A DNA stretch of 64,000 bases from Rebecca billardiae RCC1528 (taxonomy: Eukaryota; Protista; Haptophyta): assembly GCA_965240325.2 (NCBI GenBank), contig OZ251223.1:2790001-2854000 (forward strand), in the 5' to 3' direction. Every line of letters starts with the position of its first letter. Within the stretch, counting starts at the first letter, position 1. The translations under genes and the position numbers were made by a program. Below, one piece after another: positions 45,255-55,254 of this stretch. Below the pieces are notes generated by a model, which was not told the origin of the DNA, did not search any database, and worked only from the letters and a program-made list of their open reading frames with translations.

Positions 45255-45540
45255 GTCTGGCCGAGGTACGGACACGGTCACCGGTGCCCGCCGCGTCAGG
45301 CACTCTGATCTGAGCACTGAAAGCGGACTACTGTATTTCGTCGGACATTGTCCGCGGAGCTTGCCCCTCGATGACGGTGGGGCAAGGACGACGAATCTGG
45401 AGTCATCCTCGTCCATGGTCTAGTAGTATTGTGACTGATGATGATGGCATCATCGCTGAGGCCCCTGTGATGTTATGGGATCGGATCGTCATCCGTGAGT
45501 GATCCGGATCGTCGTCGTCACGACCAACTCGTCGTCGTCA

Positions 45541-47481
45541 TCATTCATTGCTGAGCTTGTTCTTCGCCTGGACTATGTCGCCGATCGTGCGCAGCCCATG
45601 CGAGTAGTCGGCTGGGTCGAACTGCACCTCGAGCATGTTGCACGCATCGACGTATTGCGGCTTGTCGAGCTCGTCCATCGCGCTCTGGAGCTCCTCGACC
45701 GTGCGCACGACGGCCGACACGCCGTCGCCCTCCGCCTGGCCAAATGCGCGAGCCATCTGGGCGTACCGCCAGTTCTGGATCTCGTTGTAGTCGTTCTCAC
45801 CGGGCGGGCCGCGATGGATGGCCTTCTCGATCGAGTAACCAAAGTTGTTGAGCACGATGAAGGTGATCGGCAGCTTGTGCCGCACTGCCGTGCTCACCTC
45901 CTGCGCCGTCATCTGGAAGGCGCCGTCGCCGACGAGCACAACCGTGCGCCGCACACTGCCGTGCTGTCGGAAGAAGTCGCCGGGGATGGGCGACACCCAG
46001 TCGCGAGGCCGCTCGCGCGTGGCGAGCGCCGCGCCGACGGCTGCGGGCACGGTGTAGCCGATGGAGAGGTAGAAGGCCTGCGCGAGGAAGTAGTCTGACG
46101 GGCGCAGCGTCAGGTCGGTCGCGGCGATCAGCGAGTCACCCGCGTCAGCGAGCACCGTGACCGGCGTGGCTTGGCGGTGCAGCCAGCGGCCGACGGCGGC
46201 GATGAAGCCTGCGACGGTCACCTGCGCCTGCGGGTCCTCGGTCTCCGCGCCCGATCCGCTCGTGCCCGAGCCGTTCGTGCTCGGCTCACCGAGCGCGCGC
46301 CGGATGCTCACAGACTCGAGCGCGGCTGCGCGCGCGGCTGCCCACGTCCCCTCGCTGGTGAGCGCAGTGACGTCGCGCGCAGCCGAGTCGCCGAGCCGCT
46401 CAAAGAGGTCGGCGCCGAGCGCGTTGGCGAACGGAGCGAGGGCGACCGAGTGGTGCTGCCGCTCCTGCACCGGCGCGCTCGCGGACGGCTTGGCCCCCTG
46501 CACCCGCACGCAGCCGGAGTCGGCACGCACGACGAGCTGGCCCTCCTCGCCGAGCTTGGCCGTCATGAAGTCAAAGTCCGCCTGCGCCGCGCCCAGCACG
46601 AGCAGCACGTCGGCGCTCTCGACGTACGCGCGCACCGCGTCGCGGGAGAGGATCCCCTGGTACACGCCCGCACACATCGCCGAGCCCTCCTCGAGCGAGG
46701 TCTTGCCGTGCCGCGTCGTCGCCACGGGCACGCGCAGCATGCGCGCGAGGCGACGCACGGCCGGCTGGCACGAGCGGCGCTGCACCTCGACGCCGACGAG
46801 GATCGCGGGGCGGCGCGCGCCCAGGAGCAGGCGGGCGACCTCGGCCACCGCGTCGGTGCACGCGGCGGCATCGTGCGGCGGCGAGAAGTCCCACGAGGAC
46901 GCCGGCCGCTCAAGCAGCCGCTCGCTCGCCCCTGGGCACTCGGCCGCGGCCACGTCCATCGGCACCTCGAGGAAGACGGGCATCGAGTCTCGCACGCACT
47001 GCCGGAGCGTCTCATCGATCGTGTCCGCCGCGGCGGCTGGATCGAAGAGGATCGCCGACGACACCGTCACCTCCTTGTATGCGGTGTGCTCCGCGTACAG
47101 GTTGCCCACGAGGCCGTGGTGCGGAAACGAGTCTCCGCCGGGCTTGTAGTCCTGCACGCGCGGGGCGCCGACGACGTACACGGCAGGAACCATTTCGGCG
47201 CGCGCACCTGCCGCCGCGTTCAGGGCCGAGAAGCCGCCCACGCCGTACGTCAGGCACACGGCAGAGATCCCGTTCAAGCGCGCGTACGCGTCAGCCGCGT
47301 AGCCCGCGTTCAGCTCGTTGCACGTGCCGACCCAGCGGAAGCCCTTCTCGATAAAGCAATCGCACAGGTACAGCGAGTAGTCACCGGGCACGCCAAACAC
47401 GTGGCGAGAGCCCAGCTCACGCAGCCGCGACGCGAGGTAGCCGCCGACCGTCAGCGCGCGCCCACTTCTGGCCGCGGACAT
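45541..47481 (-). CDS. ThDP-dependent 2-oxoacid decarboxylase (pyruvate / indole-3-pyruvate decarboxylase family)
   Basis: VFGVPGDY, CNELNAGYAADAYAR, TYGVGGFSALNA, PHH, SIGY, and the ThDP motif GDGAFQMTAQE...LNNFGYSIE. Confidence 0.95.
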   Translation of the reverse strand: MSAARSGRALTVGGYLASRLRELGSRHVFGVPGDYSLYLCDCFIEKGFRWVGTCNELNAGYAADAYARLNGISAVCLTYGVGGFSALNAAAGARAEMVPAVYVVGAPRVQDYKPGGDSFPHHGLVGNLYAEHTAYKEVTVSSAILFDPAAAADTIDETLRQCVRDSMPVFLEVPMDVAAAECPGASERLLERPASSWDFSPPHDAAACTDAVAEVARLLLGARRPAILVGVEVQRRSCQPAVRRLARMLRVPVATTRHGKTSLEEGSAMCAGVYQGILSRDAVRAYVESADVLLVLGAAQADFDFMTAKLGEEGQLVVRADSGCVRVQGAKPSASAPVQERQHHSVALAPFANALGADLFERLGDSAARDVTALTSEGTWAAARAAALESVSIRRALGEPSTNGSGTSGSGAETEDPQAQVTVAGFIAAVGRWLHRQATPVTVLADAGDSLIAATDLTLRPSDYFLAQAFYLSIGYTVPAAVGAALATRERPRDWVSPIPGDFFRQHGSVRRTVVLVGDGAFQMTAQEVSTAVRHKLPITFIVLNNFGYSIEKAIHRGPPGENDYNEIQNWRYAQMARAFGQAEGDGVSAVVRTVEELQSAMDELDKPQYVDACNMLEVQFDPADYSHGLRTIGDIVQAKNKLSNE

Positions 47482-47768
47482 CTTGACCACCGTCGTCGCC
47501 GTGAGCCGCGCTCGACGAGTCCTCCGCCGCCGCCGCGCTGCGCCGGCCGCCGCGGTTGGAAGAGCCACTTTCACTTGGACCGATGCAAAGGCCGAGAAAA
47601 CGGCGAGAAACAGAAAATCGACTCGAAAGTCGAAATACCGCGCCAACGGCCGTCGGGTCGGGTTTTGATCTGATCAACATCACGGCATACACCGATTCGA
47701 CCCTCGCTGCGCGCGTGCGCCGCAGCCCTCGAAGCGCGGCGTCGTACTGGACGACGGCAGCCGAGCAG

Positions 47769-48605
47769 ATGGCCGAGTCGACGGGGTCCGATCTCTGGCG
47801 CAATGCGTTGCTCGAAAAGGGCAAAGAAATGGAGGAGCGCCGCAGCGGATGGGACGCGATGCCCGAGAAGTCGACGGAGCTCGCCATCGAGCTGTTCAAT
47901 ATTCTTGAGGCGCGCGACGGCGGAGAGTGTGATGAGCAGAGGGCGAAAGACTGCGAGCGCGTCCGTGAGATCCTGGCGTGCAAGGCCCCTGGCGTGCACT
48001 GCAACATGCGCACGCCGGAGTACGGCGAGCCCCTGCTGCTGCTCGCCGTCCACCACTCTGTCGAGATGGTTCGCGTCATCGCGGCGGCGGGAGCAGACCT
48101 GAACGCACAAGAGGACATGGCGGGTGAGACAGCCATGTTCCGAGTGCGCGAGATGCTGACTTCGAATGCGGATCTCGATGACGAGGTGATCGAAATCGAC
48201 CAGGACGACCACTACGTGCAGGTTGAAAAAGTGCTGCTCGAGCTCGCTGCTCAGCAGGGGATCGAGCTGGACCAGAGCAGTGCCATGGAGAGGCTTCAAG
48301 GCCTGTATGACGACGAGGACTCGTCTGCGGACGAGGAGGACGACTCGATGGACGACTCGGACGACGACAACGACGAGTCGGACGCCGACGACACGTCGGA
48401 CGACGAGGAGGCATCCGACGACGAGGAAGGCTCGGACGACGAGGGCGACGACGACGACGACGAGGCCAATTCAGACGCGTCCGATGAGGCCGAGGACGAG
48501 CTCGAGGGGGAAGAGAACGAAGGGCTGGTGGACGAAAATCATGACATCAACGCGAACAACTTTGATGATGGCGACGGGGGCGTGCAGCAGGCTGAGTCGG
48601 GCTGA
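47769..48605 (+). CDS. Ankyrin-like protein with a long Asp/Glu-rich tail
   Basis: GEPLLLLAV..SVEMVRVIAAAGADLNAQ..GETA ankyrin-like motif and about 90 aa of acidic tail. Confidence 0.7.
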   Translation: MAESTGSDLWRNALLEKGKEMEERRSGWDAMPEKSTELAIELFNILEARDGGECDEQRAKDCERVREILACKAPGVHCNMRTPEYGEPLLLLAVHHSVEMVRVIAAAGADLNAQEDMAGETAMFRVREMLTSNADLDDEVIEIDQDDHYVQVEKVLLELAAQQGIELDQSSAMERLQGLYDDEDSSADEEDDSMDDSDDDNDESDADDTSDDEEASDDEEGSDDEGDDDDDEANSDASDEAEDELEGEENEGLVDENHDINANNFDDGDGGVQQAESG

Positions 48606-49284
48606 GCTGGCCGAAGGCCCTTCGGTAGGCAGTAGCCGTAGGGCCCGGCTGACATCCAGACTCGTGCCATCCAGTTCCAGACCGTCCGGCGCTGCGGCAG
48701 CCGGCGCTGCCCGCCTGCGCTCTAGCGGCCCTGCCGGCCCAAGGCCCAGGCAATGACGGGTGGCGGTTGAGAACGCTCTGCTCGATCGCCCCTGCACATT
48801 GTGCCTCCGCACGCGTAGGCGGTCGCCCGGACCCTACAATTATTGTCGTCGGATAAGGATTGCTCGCGCAGCTTAAGACTTAAGTGCCGCCAGTAGTGAT
48901 TAGCCCGCGTGTGGCAGCCTACCCGCCTACTCGGGCTCGGCCCTGCCGCCTGCGGCCTGCCCGCCGGCCGCTCGGCCGCCGAGCCGCCCGAGCCCGACTC
49001 GGACCGGGTCACCGTGACCGGGGGCCGGGCCCGGGGTCGGCGGTTACACGGCGGTGCCCTCATTATAGCATCATCGCGTCATATCATATCGCGCGGCGGT
49101 GACGTCATATCATCATCAATAATATATCTGCTTATCGCACTCGCAGCAGGCAGACAGCAGGCACCGCCGTGTCCGTGACCGCCGCGCGCGGGCGCGCCGC
49201 GCGGCGCCCGCGCCCGCGGCCCGGGCCCGCGCGGCCCGGGCCCGGCCCGCGCACGGCGCAGGCTGGCGTCGTCGTCAGCTGACA

Positions 49285-49310
49285 ATATATATATATATAT
49301 ATATATATAT
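49285..49310. repeat. (TA)n microsatellite forming the left flank of the split-repeat element
   Basis: TA run that continues on the other side at 53114-53124. Confidence 0.9.
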
Positions 49311-49482
49311 GTGGGGTTATTGGTACAATAACTGATTGTCTAAGAGGACGACACGGACGCCAGGCGCCAGCGCCGCTCATCAGCTCCATCGCCCTCTACC
49401 GGACCATGGCCTCAACGAGCTGCTCCCGGACAAACTCAGTCCGTCCGGCATTTTCTGGGCAGGCCTTCTGTGCCGGGGGTGG

Positions 49483-49660
49483 GTGGCACTGGGTTACCAT
49501 ATGAAAATCAATAGCAAACCCAGTGCCAGGCGGGTAGCAGTGGCACTGGGTCCCCATATGTCATCATAGAAGAAGTGGCACTGGGTTCATAGAAGGGTGG
49601 CACTGGGTCACTTAGAGGTGGCACTGGGTTCGAATAGAGGTGGCACTGGGTTCAATAGAG
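49483..49660 (+). repeat. Cluster of GTGGCACTGGGT motifs (6 direct copies + 1 inverted; last four with about 21-22 bp period)
   Basis: Copies at 49483, 49540, 49575, 49597, 49618 and 49640, with an inverted copy at 49517-49528. Confidence 0.9.
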
Positions 49661-50879
49661 AAGCCGCTCGCTCATACCAAACACCAGTCTCCAGATATGG
49701 ACGAAAGTTGCGACGGTTCGCGAAGCGCACCGGCCCTCGCGGCCCGGTTGTGGCACGACGCGTCAACGCATCATGTCTTTCGTCAGCCACGCTCGTGCGG
49801 GTTCCGCGGCCTGCGGGCGTTCCAGCGGCTTGATATCCCGATGCGATGCGATGCATCGTGAGCAGGGAGCTCTGCTCAACCCTTTCCGATGGCAGGATCG
49901 TCTCCTCCATCCGCTCCTCGCAGTGGCCACGCGGCCGGGTCGCAGCGCGCGCTCTCGCACGGGCGGGTGACGATGATTCGGGTGTTCCGACACCCCCATC
50001 GTCTGGCGTCTTCGCGAGTCAGGCGAGCGCTCGCCACTCTCGCATACATTTCACGTCTTGCATCGAGCTCGCCGTGTGTGGGTCGCCTGAAGCTGCGAGC
50101 GATCTTGTGGCCACTGCTACGCTCACGCCGCCAATCTGCATCGTTGTGCGGTGGTCGAGGTGCGGCCGAGCGCGCTTCAACGAGGTCAATCATCTCAACA
50201 TCACAACGCCCCGCCGGGATATGCTGCCTGGGCATAACGGCGAAACGCAATCGGCTGCTGCGCACCGTCAGCTGCTGCTGCCATTTGGCGCTCACCTGCG
50301 TAGTTGTTCTCCATCTCATTGTCGTCGCGACGTAGCAGTGCAGAGTGCTGCAGTGCTCTCAAGTCCTGCTTTGCCGGCGCCGTGTTATCGTCGTCATCAC
50401 GCTTCAGCTTCTGATCGGCTGATCGGCATCATGTGCCACATGGCACGGCGCCGACTGGCGACTGCGCCGCAGCGCCGGCAGCATCGAGACTCGAGTGTGA
50501 GCACGCTCCAGACTCACTGATAGAATCATACTCAGTCAAATTTACTCAGAAGTACGGATAGAGATTAGAGGGCCGCGCGTCACGGCCGGAGCCGCTGCTT
50601 CATGTGCACCTCTCGACAGTTTGGCAGTGACAGTGATGGCACTGCCGATGTCAGCAGCCAATGCAAGTTCTAAGTCTCGGGACAGGGCAGTGCATGCTGG
50701 CAGTGCGGCGTGAGTCGCTGTGCTAATGGCGCAGCGGATGGCACTGCGTGAGCGGAGCGCGGCCGGGACGCTGTCGCTTACAGCAACCCGCCTGCATCGC
50801 CCCCTCACGCCGTCTGTCGCCATGACGGTGCCAGTCCAAGCGATGCGGCTGGTGGCGGTGGGTCGAGTGTTACAGCCGA

Positions 50880-50940
50880 TGACTGCGCTGGCGGCGGCGC
50901 TCCTCGCCAACACCTCGGCGACGCTCAACCTGGATTATGT
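50880..50940 (+). pseudogene. Possible relic of an NLRC3/RNI-like LRR exon
   Basis: ALAAALLANTSATLNLDY resembles the ALAxAL.xNxxLxxLxL repeat and is followed by a GTGTG donor-like site. No intact gene. Confidence 0.35.
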
Positions 50941-53311
50941 GTGCCCACGGCGCACGGGCGCAGCGACGCGTGCTGCGCGCGGTGTGTATCATCGCGGCGG
51001 AGGGGGAGAGAGCCGCGCGCGCGGAGCAGCACCCGCGTGCGGCGCCGCAGCAGTGGCGCCACAGCAGTGGCCGTCGCGCGAGGTTGCGGCCGTGGCCGGC
51101 GCGTGTGCCTGGCCGCGCGCACCGCCCCACTCACACTGCTGACAGTGCGTGTGGCAGGTGTGGCCGGGTGCGTGGCCGTGTGCCGCGTGGGCGTGGGCGC
51201 GCGCGCAATCACTAATCAGGCAGGCCGCAGGGACTGTGCTGGCGTAGCAGTGGTAAGCAGCGGTGACTGCGGTGAGGCGCGCGGTAAGTACCGTTGTGGC
51301 GTGGGCTGACGGTGAGTGACACCTCCGCCGACCGCCGGTGCGGCCCGCGTGAGAGTGATAACCGCATATTCACATCCTCCAATTCCTCCCTCTCTCTTTC
51401 CTTTCTCCCTCTTTTTCCCTCCCTCTTCTCCCCCTTCTTCCTCCCTCTTCCTCCCTCTCTCTTTCCCTTTTCGCGCCGTCGCAAAGTTAAAAATGGAGTC
51501 CACCCCCTGTTACCGGCCAAAGATCTCCGATCGCCATCATCGGCTTCTCGGGCTCTGCAGCCGTGGCGCGGGCATCCAGCCATGTCGCGTCCTGCGTCGC
51601 CGGCGGCTGCGGCTCGCACGCGGGTGGCGCGTCGCGTGCACCGACCAACATCTTTCGGCAACGTCTTTCGGCGGTAAGCAACGCTCCGCATCGCGCCCCC
51701 TCGCGCTTCGGGCCGTCGCCTCTTCTCCGCGTGCGCACCCGCGCGCTGCGGTCTGCTTTGTCGTATTCCCGAGCACCGTTCCCTCTTCGCAACATGCCTC
51801 CTCCTCCGTGGGTGCGCCCCCACGCGGATCGCTGCTCCATCTCTCCCGCCCTGCCTCGGGATCGCCCCGGTGCCAACGCCAGCCGGCTCCGACACAAGGA
51901 CCGCTGGCGGCACACCGCGCGACCGGGCCCCGTGCGCGTCCGCGGGCCATTCACAGCATCCGCGAAGGCCGTCTAGCCTTCTCCTGCTTCCGCAGCGCCG
52001 CGCCCGCGGGGCCGGCTGCCTGCTATCTCTCCTCCTCGGGTTCCGTCTCACTCGCACTGCCCCGCCTGCCCAGCCCCCGCTGGCCGGCCCTCGTGCGTGC
52101 GCGACTCACACGTGCCTCGCCCCTTCTCCTCCCTACGCTCAATGGGATTCTACTCCACGCGACCACGCGGTGCTCCCCAACACACCATGAAACGGGATCT
52201 CTCACGCACCGCGTCTCGTCGACGGCGAGCGGCATGCCCACCGCATCTGCTGCCGCTCGCCTTTGCATGAGGACACGTAAATCCCACTGAGTAGGAACAC
52301 AGGCAGCCGCCTCGGCATCGACATGCCAGGCGGCGTGCCCACCTTCGGCCAGCAGTTGGCGTCGGCGTTCGCGAGGACGGCTAGACGTGGGGTTATTGGT
52401 ACAATAACTGATTGTCTAAGAGGACGACACGGACGCCAGGCGCCAGCGCCGCTCATCAGCTCCATCGCCCTCTACCGGACCATGGCCTCAACGAGCTGCT
52501 CCCGGACAAACTCAGTCCGTCCGGCATTTTCTGTTACCGGCCAAAGATCTCCGATCGCCATCATCGGCTTCTCGGGCTCTGCAGCCGTGGCGCGGGCATC
52601 CAGCCATGTCGCGTCCTGCGTCGCCGGCGGCTGCGGCTCGCACGCGGGTGGCGCGTCGCGTGCACCGACCAACATCTTTCGGCAACCCGCCCACCCAGGG
52701 CCCGTTGGTCTGGTGCTCGGGCGGCGGGATCACAACACCCGCCGTCCGACCGCCCGGTCTTGCGGCGCTGCACTTAGGGCTCATGCGACCCCCTGCGTCC
52801 CAACACGGTTGGGTTTTTCAGGTTAGGTCCCCAGCAGCGCTGCTCCCGGGCGGTCAGGTGGAGGTTCATTGTCGACGAGTCCGCAGGCGCTCAGCCTTCC
52901 GTCAGCGGACGTCACGGAGCGGGATCTCTCACGCACCGCGTCTCGTCGACGGCGAGCGGCATGCCCACCGCATCTGCTGCCGCTCGCCTTTGCATGAGGA
53001 CACGTAAATCCCACTGAGTAGGAACACAGGCAGCCGCCTCGGCATCGACATGCCAGGCGGCGTGCCCACCTTCGGCCAGCAGTTGGCGTCGGCGTTCGCG
53101 AGGACGGCTAGACATATATATATATTCGATTATTTATGCGTAAGCAGACGCGTAGTAGACGTAGTCCGAGTCGTCTTATCCGTAGCACTGGCGGTTACTA
53201 ACTATATCGCGCCTGCAGCTGCTATAGCGCTTATTATTAACGTATATGTAAGTAGCAGAATTTGTCACAGCGTCGCGTAGCCGGACGTTCCGGCCATGCC
53301 GTGCGGCCTGC

Positions 53312-55065
53312 TCACGGCCGTTGCGGCAGGAGCGGGTTGGGCAGGTGGTCGGGGTCCTCCCGACGCGTGCACTGCAGCACCGCGTCCGGCTTCCCGGGCG
53401 CCGCACGGGCGAGCTGCAGCCGCTTGGCCGCCGCACGCTCGAGCTCACGCACAAGCGCGTGCCCCGCACTCGGCCGCTGCGCCGCGCCGGGGACGGGCAC
53501 GCCGCGGCCTGCCTGGTGGTAGAGGAGGTGCCAGCGCGCGCGCGCGAGGCCGCGGCGCATGCGGTCGATCCGCTCAGGCTCGTCCCGCTCGATGGCCTGC
53601 AGGAAGAGCAGTGGGTTGACTGTCGCCGGGTCGTTGAGCCGGGCCTGGTACTCCAGCAGCGCCTGCGCTGGCACCGAGATCGAGATCTCGGCCCAGTCGA
53701 CCACCGAGGGGAAGGGCAGGAAGGTGAGATCGATCACAAAGACTGCGCACATTGGGGGAGGGGGAGAGGAGGGGCCCAGCTGAGCGCCGCGTGCCACTCG
53801 TGCAGCGACCTCGCCGCCATCTCCCGCGCGCGCACAGCGCGCGCGCGCCCCCGTTCGAACCGCGCGTGCGCGCGTGCGCGGCGCTGCGCACCCGGGATGC
53901 AGAGCGCCGCCACGATGGAGAAGATGCGCGTGGTGATGGCGGAGTCGCCCGCGGGGACGGCGCAGAAGGTGGACGCCTTGTACACGTCGGCCTTGCGACG
54001 CAGCGTGCGCTCGAGCTGGGCCCCCTGGTACTGCCTGTCGTTGCGGTACGTCTCGAGGGCCATCGCGTTGGCGCCGTACGTGGCGGTGAGGTTGTTGACC
54101 GCCCACGAGACGATGCCGCGCAGCCGGTGCGCCTCCTGCATGCGCACGTCCTCGCAGCCCCAGAAGCGCGGCCGCGCGGCGAGGTCGAAGCGGTGGCACG
54201 GCGGGCTCTTCTTGCCCCACGTCACCGCGTTGCTCGAGATCACCAGCGTGCGCTTGAGCGCGCGCAGCCGGGCGGGCGCCTCCTCCTCGTGCATGAAGAA
54301 GGGCGGCGAGTAGTACGGCGCGAGCACGGCGTGGCCGCACGCGCGCGCGCCGCGCCAGTCACGCCGGCGGTCCTCGGCGGTGACGATGATGCCCTGGCCC
54401 ATCCGCGCGTACAGCCCGCGCGGCGCGCCGTACCGCCCGACGTCCGCCTCGAGCGCCGCGCGCAGCACGTGCGAGAGCACAAACGGGAAGACGTGCCGCT
54501 CAGGCGCGCCCTTCCACTCGGCGGTGCTGAAGAGCCAGCGCAGCACGCGCTCGAAGGTCGGGCACGTGACGTTGCCGTAGTGGTACTTGGCGAGGCCCGA
54601 GGCGTACGCGTCGTACATCGAGCGCTGGATCGAGAGCGGAATCGCGCCCTTGGGCACGGCGTACGTGGCGCCCCACGTGACGCCCGCCATGTCCGTCGCC
54701 TTGCACAGGTGGTACGGCGACGCGGGGAGTAGGAAGAGCACGCGCGACGCGCGCGCGGGCTGGTCGTCGCCGCCTGGGCGACGTGGCACGTACGGCGGCA
54801 TGATCCGCTGCAGCTCGCGGATCGTCTCGTGGTACAGCCCGCCCTCGTCGTGCGCGGGCGGCGGGTCGGCGTCCATCACTTCGCGGTACCGCCGCTCAGC
54901 CTCGGCCGAGACGCCGAGGGCGCGGTACGGCACGTCGTGCACGAAGAGCTGCCACGGCGCACCGCTGGCGTCGAGGCCCGCCGGGTGCGGCTCCAGCCCG
55001 CGCACCGCCGTGCGGGCTGTCACGGCCCACGCCAGCACGAGCACCGCGAGCCGTTGCGCCGCCAT
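53312..55065 (-). CDS. Exostosin-family (GT47) glycosyltransferase; intron 53743-53891
   Basis: N-terminal signal/anchor. STFCAVPAGDSAITTRIFSIVAALCIP|VFV..LPFPSVVDWAEIS is the GT47 signature. Confidence 0.88.
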
Positions 55066-55254
55066 CGTCGCCCGAATTTTAACAGCGCAGGCTAAATACG
55101 TTCAAAGTATCACGCACGCGGCACGCCCCAATATACGCAGCAAATGATTCGTTCGTATCAATAAAGCTGGAAAGCGTCGCGCCGCGTGACTCGTGACGGG
55201 CGCTCGGCGTGGCGCGGGTGCCACTGCGGAGCGTGCTTGGGCAAAGACCACTCG

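Larger units (their letters stand above)
49311..53113. mobile_element. Non-autonomous element with split direct repeats (A..X..C-A-X..C) inserted in (TA)n; PAT/TOC1/Ngaro-like tyrosine-recombinase retroelement or rolling-circle tandem
   Basis: A: 49311-49457 = 52387-52533. X: 51507-51662 = 52531-52686. C: 52193-52386 = 52920-53113. The internal C|A junction reproduces the two outer ends joined together. No transposase or RT ORF was recognised. Confidence 0.8.

Noticed and set aside
49483-49660. Repeat-spacer-like array resembling a mini CRISPR
   Set aside because: The repeats are only 12 bp with ~10-bp related spacers, there are no cas genes, and the context is eukaryotic. It is better explained as subterminal transposon repeats.
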